This document shows, piece after piece, positions 37,610-50,294 of a stretch of DNA of 64,000 nt. Location of the stretch: the NCBI GenBank assembly GCA_016748015.1, contig JAAOMT010000512.1, positions 1,212,719 to 1,276,718 on the forward strand, read 5' to 3'. A program made the translations under genes and the position numbers. The notes under the pieces were generated by a model, which saw only the letters and a program-made list of their open reading frames with translations, searched no databases and was not told where the DNA came from. The stretch is from Geosiphon pyriformis uo1. Lineage: Eukaryota > Fungi > Glomeromycota. Each line of letters starts with the position of its first letter. The stretch's first letter is position 1.

Positions 37610-38568
37610 TGTTACCAGAGGTTTTTGGTCTCTTTTCTTAAATGTTGTAACTGTCTGTTGGTTGCAAATTCACGTTTTCTAGAAGTAGTTGAATTTCCAA
37701 TAACTGAATTTATCTTCAAATTATCTCCTATAATTTGAACTGCTGGGCTTATAAGTGGAATGGCCAATTCCGTGCCAGTTACTTTGCATAGTTACATTGT
37801 AGTAAATACCAATTCTTTTTCAGGAATTGCTTGTCTGGAAGCTCACTAAAAATATGTAGTTACTTTTCTGTGAAAGTCAACTCTTCTATAGAAATCTCAT
37901 CTGTAGGCTATCTTAATGATTACAGTAAGAAAATAAAAGAAAATAAAAGAAATGTAAAAGAAATTGAATTTTGTCAAGGGAACCAGGCCTGGAGTCACTA
38001 ACAGTTTACTGAAATTGGTAACTAATCAATTTCAAAATGTTAGTTGGAGTTTTGGGAATTTTTCAAGTGCAATAATTAAAAGATTTGGTTTTTCGAATTA
38101 TTTGATATTTATTTCTTTTTGTGTGTATAGAAATGGTTCTAGTGATAAATCTAAAGTAAGATACATTTTCTTGAAGAGAAAAGCTCTTCTTTTATACAAC
38201 TTGTTGTAGTACTAGTTTATGAACTTGCACTTTTTCTCTTTGCTCGAATTTTGGCAAACTAAAGATACATTTTGATGAACTACAAGTTATTTTTACTGAA
38301 CTATTGATTAATTTGGGTGAACTATTCATAATTTCGGCGAATTTCTGTAAATTTTGGCGAATTTTAGAATGTTACAAAGTTCAGAGTATTGTGTAATTTG
38401 ATCATCCTACTTCTGTTATATTAATTAGATTATTTTAATTAAATTGTAATATGTGATAATTGATTAAATAATAAATGATAATTTGAAATGATATTAATAT
38501 ACTAATTAATTATAGAAATTATAAGGGTAATTTTATGCTAATTAATAGCTAAAATTCTACTGGTAACA
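37610..38568 (-). repeat. 3' LTR of E1
   Basis: Direct repeat of 57364-58354; 9-bp terminal inverted repeat. Confidence 0.95.
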
Positions 38569-39256
38569 TAATCTCCTCCTCAAGACTGAGTTTCATCAAA
38601 GTTCAAGCATTATCTGTAATATTAAAATAGTGATCCAAAATAATTGAAGTAATCTGGTCTGAAAATTGTTAAAATTTCAGTTCTGTGAGTTTGCCAATGT
38701 ATTGGACTTTCATTGGTTGCAGTATTGAATTTTGTAGAATATTTTCACAAGTATTAAACAAATTATAGAGTCTAAAAGCTGCTCTAAGTTTGTAGTGAGT
38801 GTTTGTTGATCCAGCTGCTGTTTTGAATTCATTGTAGATTTGTTTTTGTATAGCTTCAGGAGTGAGATTTGTTGCTTCAAGTTCCAGTTTTCGTTCATAA
38901 AGTGTCTTTCCAATGTAAAAGTATTTATAGATAGGAGTGTGTTCATTGTTCTGTTCATTGAAAAGTAGTAGAAGTTTATGTTACATTATAGTATTTGGTG
39001 GAATGTCAATAGGGGCAATTAAAAGATTTTCTTCCAGTGCTTGCTTCAAAAGTCTTGGTAACCTATTTTTAGAGTGACTTCTTGTTTTTCTTCTATAGGA
39101 GTGATAGTTCTGTAAATAATTTGCTATTGGGGCTGTGGTTTTTTTCTGAATGTAATTAATTTGACTTCCATTAATTATTATGGATAAGTCAGGAAGTATT
39201 TTCAAGACTAACATTAACTTTTGGGATATTTGTTGAATATTTCGGGGAATAATCAT
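38549..39256 (-). pseudogene. E1 accessory ORF3 (~235 aa, unknown function)
   Basis: One frame from ATG 39256 (MIIPRNIQQISQKL..) through the PPT into the LTR; interrupted only by transition-type stops; colinear with E2 46657-47376. Confidence 0.75.
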
Positions 39257-39446
39257 GATAAAATTGACTAATTATGAAAAGAAAGAATAAAGAAAATTAT
39301 TTTTGAATATGGGATTTTTATTTGTTTTTGGGTTTTGGGTGTTTTTGTAATTATTTACTATTTTTGTCTTTGTGTTTTTATTAGAGAATTAAAATTTAAG
39401 TGTTTAAGTTTGGTTGTTGTTCTATTATAATTATTGGTTCTAAATT

Positions 39447-42240
39447 TCAGGGAATATCTTCAGGATTAATTAAAGAGGAATGTGTACCAATTTGTGGAAT
39501 TAATGTTTTAGGATTGTTTCTGGAATAATAATGTTTCAATCTGTCTCCATGTACAACTTTTGCTAGTATTTTGTCATCAAGTCTTAACTTGTATAATCTA
39601 TTGCCTAGAATTTTGTATATATAAAATGGTCCATCCCATTTGTTTTCAAATTTCCCACTCCATTGTTTTTCAGCCTTAGTTCTGTGTAAGAGAACTTTAT
39701 TTCTAACTTTAAATTCATTGGTAATAGGTGGTAATTTGTTGTCATGTTTTTCTTTTTGTTGAACTTGGGAATGTTCAATATAAGTTGCTGCTATTCTTTT
39801 TTTTTCTTCCAGTGTACTAAGAAAAGTGTAGGGCCTTCTTTGGAGTGTTTCTTGAAAGTTTTCTTCATTGATTGGTTGCACTGGGTATGTTTCCACTATG
39901 AAATTAATTGGTAATGTTGCTGTCTTTCCATAAATAAGATCAAATAGTGTGTGTTTCATAGTATTTTGTTTTAGCATTCTGTATACTAGTAACACTGATA
40001 GAATAAAAATATCCCATTCCTGCTCAAAGTCTGTTGAGACTTTGGCTAGAGATTCACACAATGTTCTGTTGAAATGTTCTATAAGTCTATTTGTTTGAGA
40101 GTAATAAGATGATAATAGAGGTCTTTTGACATTGAACCATTCACAAATTTCTTGTATCAAGTTGTTCACAAAATGTGTTTTTTGATCAGATAAAAGTTTA
40201 ATTGGGCATCCATGTCTACAAATAATGTCTTCATAGATGAAATTTGCTACTGATTTTGCATCTGCTCTTTGGATGGCTCTAGCTTCAAGCCATTTGGTAA
40301 GATAATCTAGTGAAACTGCAATATAGCAATTTCCTTGAATTGTGATAGGTAATGGTCCGACTAAATTAATTCCAACTCTGTCAAAAGATTGTCCAACTTT
40401 GATTGGATTTAAAGGTTCTGTGGGGTGAGTTCTTTCTCTTCTTTGATAACTATCACAAGATTTTACATATTGTCGAATGTTTTTTTGCATGTGAGGCCAA
40501 AAATAATGTTCAAGAGTTCTTTGAATTGTTTCATCTCTTTCCAAGTGTGCTGAAGATAGATCTGTGTGCATATTGTATAAAATTGTTTCTTTTTCATTCT
40601 CTTGTACTAATCTGAGTAGTTGGTTTGGGTTTCTGTGATTTTTATAATAGATTTTGTTCTAGTGTATGAAATATTGTTTTGATTGGTGTTGTAAAAAATG
40701 TTTTTTACTTGGAAACCAGTTTTCTGACATGGTAAGAGTCCAAATAATTTTTAAAATTGCTGTAATTTCTGAAATCCATTTTTGTTTGGTTATTTTGTTG
40801 GTAGGTTGGTAAGTTATAGTGAAATTTGTTGTTGGTATTAATCTTGTCTCATTCTTGAGAGGCTATCAACATTGGTATGTAGTTTTTTTGGTTTGTGGTA
40901 TACAATATATCTGTAGTCTGCTAGGAAGTCATTCCATCAAGACTGTTTGGCACTTTGTTCAGTTTTTTTTTTATTGAGCCATTTGAGGCCAATATTGTTC
41001 GTTATTATGTTAAATTCTTTTCCATTCTTCAAATATTGTTGAAAATGTTTAAGAGTTCAGATGACTGCGGCAGCTTCTAATTCAGTTGAGCCATATTTTA
41101 GTTCTGTTGGTTTGAGTGTTCTACTAGCATAGGCAATAATTTATTCTTGCCTATTTTCATCTAATTGTAATAAAATAGCACTGAATGCTATGTGTAAAGC
41201 ATCAGTGGCTAGTTGAAATTGTTTATTGAAGTTTGGGTATACAAGAACTGGAGCTGTTGTCAATCTTGTTTTGAGAGTTTCAAAAGCTTTCTGTTGTTTT
41301 TCTGTCCATTTGTATGACACATTTTTGTTAATAAGATAATTGAGTGGTTTGGCAATTTCTGAGAATTCTTTGATGAATTTCTGATAATAGGAGGCTAATC
41401 TTACAAATCCTTATAGCTCTGTAGTATTTTTGGGAGTTTGGAAGTTTTTGACAGCACTGATTGTTCTAGGATTTGGTTTGACTCCATCTTTGCTAACAAT
41501 GTGTCCGAGAAAGATTAAGCTTGTTTTTCCAAAGTGACATTTTTCAATGTTTAACTTCAATCCTGCTTTCCATAATTATTGAAAAACTTCTCACAGGTAG
41601 ATAAGATGAGTCTCAAAGCTTGGTAAATATACATTAGTGTTATCAAGATAGACAACTACTGATTGCCACAAGAGTCCTTCATATACAACATCTATGAGTC
41701 ACTGGAATGTTGCTGGTGCATTGCAGAATCCAAAAGGCATAACATTGAATTCATAGTTTCCTCTCTGGATGGTAAATGCTGTTTTGGGTTGGTTTTTTGG
41801 GTCCATTTCGACTTGCCAGTATCCACTTTCCAAGTCTAAAGTTGAGAAAAACTTGGCTTTTCCTAGAGCATCTAGCATGTCATCAATTCTTAGAAGAGGG
41901 TAGGCATCTCCAATTGTCACACTGTTCAATTGGTGATAGTCAACACAAAATCTGATTTTTCCATTTTTTTTTTAACAAAGACTACTGGTGAGGCCCAAAG
42001 ACTTCTTGATGGTTGAATCAATCCGTTATTGAGCATTCTCTGAACTTCTTTTCTGATAAATTGGTGGCTGGCAAGTGGCACTTTGTAAGCTTGCTGATGT
42101 TTTGGTAGAGCATCTTCTGTATGGATTTGATGTTAAACCATATCCATTTTTCCCAGTTCATTGTTGTCTTTTGCAAATATATCTGCAAATTCAGCTATCA
42201 ATTGTTTTAATTGTCTTTGTTGTTGAGGTTCTAAGAGACC
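39447..42240 (-). pseudogene. E1 RT-RNase H-integrase
   Basis: DAYPLLRIDDMLD, FSTLDLESGYWQ, VMPFGFCNAPATFQ, integrase HHCC/DDE core, KWDGPF. Confidence 0.95.
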
Positions 42241-42681
42241 CATGTTGATTCAAGAGAGTTTTTCTTCCAAAAAGTGGTAGTTTTCAGTAGTGAAAATGAT
42301 ATTTGGATTTGGGAGTAGAGTGTGTCTTACAATTTCGATGAAATTAAAGACAATTTGAGAGTTTTTATCTTGAAAAATATTGCTGTGTATGATTCCAATC
42401 TCCAGTTTGTTTAATAAAACAATAGGGTAATTATTGGGGTTGTAGAATATAACTCGAAATTTTTTCATTTTTTTGGGAATATAAACGTTTGGAATTGAGA
42501 TTTCATGCTTTAAATAGATTTGTTTATTAGATTTAAAGATTTGTTGTGTAGTGGTGGGTTTTGAGCAAGTGTAAATTTCGTGATGTTCTCCAAAAAGTAA
42601 AATGGTAATTGGCTGGGGAAGTTGAAGAATCTGGTAAGATTCATTTTGTGTATTAAGAGCTATGTTTACTGGAACTGTAAA

Positions 42682-43115
42682 TCATCTAGTTGAACCAAAA
42701 CCTTGAGTTCCTCTTTCACTTTTTTCCAATTGTTCTCTGTTGTTAACTGATTGTAGATCCGAAATATTGATTAAGGATAAGTAAATTGCATGAGCAATTT
42801 TTTCAGCATGTTCAATCTTGAATGGTTTGTCTGTTTTATTCTGCAGCATGATGGTAATGTCTCCAGTGTATCCTGTATCTATAACTCCTTCTCTAATATT
42901 GATTCCTTTGCTTGCCAATAATGATCTGGATGCAATTTGAACCATTGCTCCAGGTGGAATTTCAAGAGTGATTTTGAGATTGATTTTTGTCAAGGACTTT
43001 GGTTGGAGAACCAAAGTATTTTTTCCTGGATATCTTAGGTCATATCCAGCATTAATTTCGTGTGCTTTTTCTGGTCTGATTCCTTGGCCATGGTTGTCAA
43101 AGTATTTAAGTTGTA
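42682..43115 (-). pseudogene. E1 trimeric-type dUTPase domain within pol
   Basis: All five motifs: AGYDL, ASRS, GVIDTGYTG, EKIAH(Q), ERGTQGFGST. Confidence 0.93.
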
Positions 43116-44027
43116 GAGGTGGTTGCTTTTCAAAAAAATAGATGGGAGTGGTTGGTAGTTCTTTTACCAGTTTAGATACTCCAAATTTGATTTCATTTTC
43201 ATCATTTTCATTTGGCAGAGGAATGCTAAGAGCATAACATTCTAAACACCATTGGTCATCACAAGACATAACACATTCTTTACACAATTGAATGTTCATT
43301 TGCACTAATCATTGAATTTGAGCTTTTTTGGTCGGATATGTGTGGCTTGCAATTTGGTGGTAGGTTTTTACTTCATCTTTATAATCAAATCCAGCTAATT
43401 CCATGGTATACTTAATGTATTCAGCTTCTTTTATTTGGTAGACATCTTCTTGGATGGCTCCATTGATCAATGCCATTGCTAGGTCAAAAATCATTTTAGC
43501 ATCATAAGGATAGTGGTAAAGTTTATTGAGAGCACTCTTGTATACTGCATCAAATAGTGTTTCTTTTCTGACTTTTTCCGAAATTGATAGAGCATATTGA
43601 CAGATCTGATCACATACTCTTTCTCTCATTGTTACATCAATCCAATTGCATTCTTCTGGTAGCCTTTCTCCACAAGTAAGACAAGGAGTTTTGTCTCATT
43701 TTCTACTTTTCTTTGGGGATCCAAATCGTTCTCTATGGCATGCCTTGCAGAAGTAACAAGTGTGAGTTTCGTATTCCTCTTCTGGGGAGATACAGGCTCC
43801 CATAGATGAAAGCTTTTTTTTGCAATCTTTGCATTTTAGTGGAATGTATGGTGGTTCTTTTTGTGGTTCTGGTATAGAATATCTAACTTTCTTCCATCCC
43901 CTTGATTCTTCAAAAATCTCTTGTTCTGTTTTCTCAGCCCAATTGGATGGTGATCCAAAAGCCATATAGGTTTTAGTGAGTGGCATTTCTTTTTTTTTTC
44001 AAATTCAAATACTAGAGCTTTTTCTGA

Positions 44028-45706
44028 TTATTTGTTAAAAATACTACAGGTTGCAGATACTATAGTATATTGTCCTTGGTATGAGATTTTAAGTTCTTGA
44101 GTTTCCCAGTTCAGGTTTGCATTGGCCTTAAGAAGCCAATCATTTCTGACTAGAGCTTGGTATTGGGGTGCATTCATAACAAGAACTTTAACTGGAATGG
44201 TGATTCTATCAATTGTAAAGGGGAAATCATCAATTTCTCCTACTGGAGTCTTCTTTATACTATCAGCTGTGACAATAACTGTTTGAGCTAGTCTGTCTAC
44301 ATTTCGTTTGAGTTGTTGCATTAGCTGATAAGTGATGATACTTCCAGCCAATCTATTATCTAAGATTAAGCAAATGGGTTTTTCTTCCACTATAGCTTCT
44401 GTATACATAGCAGTAATTGCTTTCTGTTCATTGACTGCTGCATTACTAAGCAGAAATGGTGATTTATTTGCTTCAAATTCAAATAGAAATATATCTGACA
44501 GATTAGCATTTTGGGCAATTTGAGCTGGTGAAATGATGTGGTTGGAAGAGTTTGATCTTGGTGCTGCAACTTTATCTTCAGAAAGTGTAGGTTGTTGAAA
44601 ATCCGATTCCTTTGGTATTGTAAGATAATTGGGTTGAGTATGATAGTGATTGGATCTTTGTTAACCAGAATTTCGGGAAACCAACTGGTTATTTGGATTA
44701 ATTCTGTTGTTGTTATTCTGAAATTGATTTTGGGGTGTGAATTGGTTATGTTGAACCAATCTTCTTGCTGGTACTTGATATTGTTGAATGGGTGGTGTCT
44801 GATATTGCTGAATTGGTAAAGGTTGCTAATATTGTTGTTAAATTGGTTGTGAAGCTGGTTAATAATAGCTGTTTTAAATTTGTGGTCTCAGTGAATAATA
44901 AGTTGGTGGTAGGAGTTGGTAATAAAATTGTTATGGTAAAGAGTAACATTGATTACTCCTGTTTGTTGGTCTCTTTGTAGTTTCCTGCAATCTTGTTTCC
45001 AGTGTCCTGGAATTCCACAATAGTGACAATTTTGAGGTTGGTTGTTGGATGGTAATCCAAAATTGTTTTGGTTGTATCATTGTGGGAGTTGATATCTTTG
45101 TGGTTGTTATTGCTGTTGTTGTTGGTTTGTGAAGTAGCTTTCAACCTTTTTTGTGAGTTGGTCTATCTTCTTTTCAGCTGCTGAGCTGATTTCTCCAATT
45201 GCAAGATTTACAAGCTTGGTGTGATTTGCTTCTTCTATTGCTATTTTATAGCTCTTTGCATGTCTAATAGCAGTTGCTAAGTCTACTAGAACATGTGGAC
45301 AGACTTTTTTAATCAGTTTGTCTTTTAATCCTGCTATAAACTAATCCAGAATTTGAGCATCAGAATAGTAGTCATTGGTTTCCAATTGTCGGATTCATCT
45401 GAGAAGTTTGTTAAATCTTCCAAGATAGGTCATAACAGTTTCAGATGTTTCTTGTTTGATATTGTGAAAGCAGTTTCTAAGAGTAATAGAGATATTGTTG
45501 TCAGTGAATTGTTGTAGAAAAGCATCTTTGAATGCTTGCCAGTTTTCAAATGGTTCTTCTAAATTTTCAAACCATTCTTCTGCTGTTCCTTGGAGAAAGT
45601 AGAGAATTGCTTTAAGCATTCTTGCTGCAATCCAACCATTTGCATCTCCTGCTTTTTGAACTTTGTTGAGTTATTCTTAAGAACTGATATTATTATCTTC
45701 ACCCGT
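44028..45706 (-). pseudogene. E1 gag C-terminal part (capsid, zinc knuckle) and aspartic protease
   Basis: YFLQGTAEEWF, CxxCx4Hx4C, LILDNRLAGS (eroded DSG). Confidence 0.9.
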
Positions 45707-46688
45707 TGTTACCAGAGGTTTTTGGTCTCTTTTCTTGAATGTTGTTAATGTTGATTTGCTGTGAATTCACGTTTTCTGGATGTAATTGAACCTCCAGTAA
45801 CTGAATTTATCTTCAAATTATCTCCTATAATTTGAACTGCTGGGCTTATAAGTGGAATGGTCAATTCTGTGCCAGTTACTTGTGTAGTTACATTGTAGTA
45901 AACATCAACTCTTTTCCAAGAAATGCTCATCTAGAAGCTTATTAAAATATGTAGTTACTTTACTGTGAAAGTCAACTTTTCTACAGGAATTCTCATCTGT
46001 AGACTACCCAAATGATTTATAATAAGAAAAGAAAGAGAATAAAAGAAATGTAAAAGAAAAGTAAAACTGATGATTTATGGAAGTCGTTTTGGATCCAGGC
46101 CTGAAAGTGCTTTAACAGTTTACTGAAATTGGTAGCTAGTCAATTTCAAACTGTTGATAGGAATTGGTTAATTTTAAGGGAAATAATTAAGAATTTGGCT
46201 TTTCGAATTTATTTAATATTTATTTTGTTTTGTATATAAAGAATGATTCTAATTGTTAAATCTGAAGTAAGATACATTTTCTCGAAGAGAGAAGCTCTTC
46301 TTTTATACAACTTGTCATAACACTATTCTATGAACTTGAACTTTGCTATTTTCTTCAATTTCGCTGAACTAGAGATATATTTTAGCAAATTACAAGTTAT
46401 TTTTGTGAACTATTAGATATTTTGGTGAACTATCAATTATTTCGGCAAATTTCTACAAATTTTGGCGAACTTTTTAAATGTTACATAGTTCGGAGTATTG
46501 CATGATTGATCATCACAATTAGGTTACATTTATGTTATATACAAATTGGGTTATTAATTAAATGATAATTTCAGACATTTTGCTAATATAATAAGTGATA
46601 ATTTGAAACAATAATATATGCTAATTAATGATAGGAATTATAAAGATAATTTTATTCTAAATAATATCTCTAATTTTGTCTGGTAACA
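45707..46688 (-). repeat. 3' LTR of E2
   Basis: Direct repeat of 55578-56559. Confidence 0.95.
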
Positions 46689-47376
46689 TAACCTCCTCCT
46701 CAAGACTGAGCTCTGTCGAAGTCCAAGTACCATCTGTAATTTCCAGATAGTAATTCAAAATTATTGAAGAAATTTGGTCTGAAAATTGTTGAAATTTCAG
46801 TTCTGTGAGCTTTCCAATGTATTAAATCTTCAAAGGTTGTAAAATTGGGTTTTGTAGAACATGTTCACAGGTATGGAATAGGTTATAAAGTCTAAGAGCA
46901 GCTCTTAGTTTATAGCGACTGTTTGTAGGTCCAGCTGTTGTTTTGAATTTATTGTAAAGTTGTTTCTGAATAGCTTCTTTTGTGAGGTTTGTTGCTGTAA
47001 GCTCCTATTTTCGTTTGTGAAGTGTTTTTCCAATGTAAAAATATCTATATATTGGAGTATAGTCATGGTTTTCTTTATTAAGACACAGTTGAAGTTTTTG
47101 TTGAATAGTAGCATTTGGTGGAATACTAATAGGAGTGAACATTAAATTTTCTTTTAAAGCAAGCTTCAAAAGTTCTGGTAGATGAATTCCAGAATAACTT
47201 CTTGTGTTCTTTTTGTAGAAGTAATAATTTCATGAATTTGGGGCTAAATTGGCAACTATTTTTGTTTGAGTATAATTAATATGTTTTTCTGTAATAGTAA
47301 TAGATAATTCGGGTATTGTCTTTAAAGCTGACATTAGTTTCTGGGATAATTGTTGAATGTTTTGAGGAATAATCAT
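46657..47376 (-). pseudogene. E2 accessory ORF3 (239 codons, unknown function)
   Basis: No frameshift; three internal stops, all explicable as C>T; MIIPQNIQQLSQKL..YFYIGKTL..YKLRAALRLYNLF..YIGKLTELKFQQFSDQI..LSLEEEVMLPDKIRDII*. Confidence 0.78.
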
Positions 47377-50294
47377 TATAAAAATTTTGAGTAAGAGAAA
47401 AAAATAGATTGAAATTATTTTTGGTATGTGGGTTTTTATGTTATTTTTGTCTTTCAGTGTGTTTTGTTTTGTTTTGTTTTTGTGAAATTATTTTTAATTT
47501 ATAAGGGAATAACTATAGTAAATTTAAATTAAGTATTCAAGTTGGGAGGTTGTTCAATAACAACTATTGGTTCTAAATTTTGGGGAATATTTTCGGGCTT
47601 AATTAAAGGAGAATGTGTACCAATTTGTGAAATTAATGGTTCAGGATTGTTTCTGAAATGATAGTGTTTTAGATAATCCCCATGTGTAGGATTTTGTCAT
47701 CAAGTCTTAACTTGTATGATCTGTTGCTTAGAACTTCATGGATAAAGAATGGTATGTCCCATTTATTTTCAAATTTTCTACTCCATTGTTTTTCAGCTTT
47801 AGTTTTGTGTAAAAAAACTTTGTTTCCAACTTTAAATTCATTAGTGACTGGTGGCAATTTGTTGTTATGCTGTTTTTTTTTTTTTTTTGTTGAGCTTGGG
47901 AGTGTTTGATATGGGTAGCTGCTATTCATCGTTTTCCTTCTAATGTGCTGAAAAGAGTGTAGGCTCTTCATTGGAGCATTTCCTGAAAGTTTTCTTTGTT
48001 AATTGGTTGTACTGGATATGATTCCACAGTGAAATTAATTGGTAACATTGCTGTCCTTTCATAGGTTAAATCAAATGGTGTGTGTTTTGTGGTATCTTGT
48101 TTTAGTGTTCTATATGCTAGTAACACTGATGGAATAAAGATATCCTATTCCTGTTCAAAATTGGTTGAGACTTTGGCTAATGATTCACACAGTGTTTTAT
48201 TGAAACATTCTACAAGTCTATTTGTTTGTGGATGGTAGAGTGAAGACAAAGGTCTTTTGACATTGAATCGTTCACAAATTTCTTGGATTAGATTGTTCAC
48301 AAAATGTGTTTCTTGGTCGGACAAAAGTTCAATTGGGCATCCATGTCTACAAATAATGTCTTCATAGATAAAATTTGCTACTGATTTTGCATCTGCTCAT
48401 TGAATAGCTCTGGCTTTGAGCCATTTGGTAAGATAATCTATTGCTACTGCTATGTATCAGTTTTCTTGCATGGTAATAGGTAGTGGTCTGACTAAATCGA
48501 TACCAACTTGGTCAAAAGGTTGTCCAACTTTGATTGGATTTAAAGGTTCAGTAAGGCATGTTCCTTCTTTTTTTTGACAACTATCACAAAATTCAACATA
48601 TTGATGTATGTCTCTTCTCATTCGGGCCCAAAAATAGTATTCTAGTGTTTTTTGGGTGGTGCTGTCTTTTCTGAAGTGTGCTAATAAAAAATCTGAGTGC
48701 ATGTTGTATAATATAGTCTCTTTTTTGTGTTCTTGTATTAATCTGAGTGGTTTGTCTGAGTTTTTGAAATTTCAATAATAAATGATGTTGTTGTGTAGAA
48801 AATATTGTTTGGCTTGTTGTTGTAATTGATGTTTTTCCTCTAGAGACCAATTTGTTAAGATTGTTAAAGTCTCTAAATATTGTTTGATATTGTTGTAGTT
48901 TTCAGAGTTTATTGTTTGGTGGCTGTTTCTGTTGTTTGGATTGAATGATGGTTTATTTTTCTAATCTTGTCTTATTCTTGAAAGACAGTCAACATTGGTG
49001 TGGAGTTTTCCTGGTTTGTGGTGTACTATATATTAATAATTTGCTAGAAATCTTATCCATTGGGTTTGTTTTGCATTGAGTTGGGTGTTTTTGTTTTGTA
49101 ACCATTTGAGTCTAATATTATCAGTGATAATATTGAATTCCTTTGGCCGGAGATAAAGGTTGAAATGATGTAAGACCCATATTACTGCTGCTGTTTCTAG
49201 TTCAGTTGTAGGGTAATTCTTTTTAGTGAGTTTCAATGTTCTGCTAGCATAAGCAATTACTTGCTCATTTTCATTGTCATCCAATTGTGATAGAATAGTG
49301 CCAAAGGCAGTATAAAAAGCATCTGTTGCTAATCAGAATCAGTTGCTGAAATCTGGGTAGATGAAAATTGGAGCTGTTGTTAGTTTTTTTTTGAGGATTT
49401 CAAATGCATTTTGGTGTTCAACAGTCCATTTGTATTTGACATTTTTGGTGGTAAGCTGGTTGAGAAGTTTTGCAATTTCTGAGAATTCTTTAATAAACTT
49501 TTGATAGTAGGAGGCTAATCTTATGAATCCTCTTAGTTCTATAGTGTTTTGAGGAGTTTTGAAGTTTTTGACAGTGCTGATTTTTCCAGGGTCTGGTTTG
49601 ATTCCATCTTTACTAATGATATGACCAAGGAAGGCCAAGCTTGTTTTTCCAAAGTAGCATTTTTCAATGTTTAGTTTCAATCCTGCTTTCTGTAATTGTT
49701 GAAAAACTTTTCGCAGGTGTTTTAAGTGTAATTCAAAAGATAGCAAATAAACATCAGTATCATTGAGATAGACAACTATAGACTTCCAAAGGAAGCCTTT
49801 AAAAACAACATCCATGAGTCTTTGGAATGTTGCTAGTGTATTGTATAATCTGAAAGGCATTACATTGAATTCGTAATTTCCTCCTTGGGTTGTGAAGGCT
49901 GTTTTGGAACGATCTTTGGGATCCATGACAACTTGCCAGTATCCGCTTTCTAAATCTAGTGTTGAAAAGTATTTGGATTTTCCAAGGGCATCTAACATGT
50001 CATTGATTTGGGGAAGAGAGTAGGCATCTCCAATGGTAACACTGTTGAGTTGTTGATAATCAACACAAAATCATATTTTTCTATTTTTCTTTTTAACTAG
50101 AACCACAGATGAAGCCCATAGACTCATTGATGGTTGAATAAGCCCATTGTTAAGCATCCATTGTACTTCTTCTTGAATAAATTGGTGACTTTTTGGAACA
50201 ACTTGGTAGGCTTGTTGTTACCTTGGTTTGGCATCTTCTGTATAGATTTGGTGTTGAACCAAATTGGTTCTTTCTAAGTCATTGTTGTTTTTGG

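Noticed and set aside
38549-39256. ORF3 as an envelope gene
   Set aside because: No signal peptide, transmembrane helix or Cys-rich ectodomain, and too short.
45745-45930. 61-aa ORF repeated in LTRs (MSISWKRV.., also 55616-55801)
   Set aside because: It recurs only because the LTR is duplicated; a 1-nt indel changes the frame in the E1-type LTRs.
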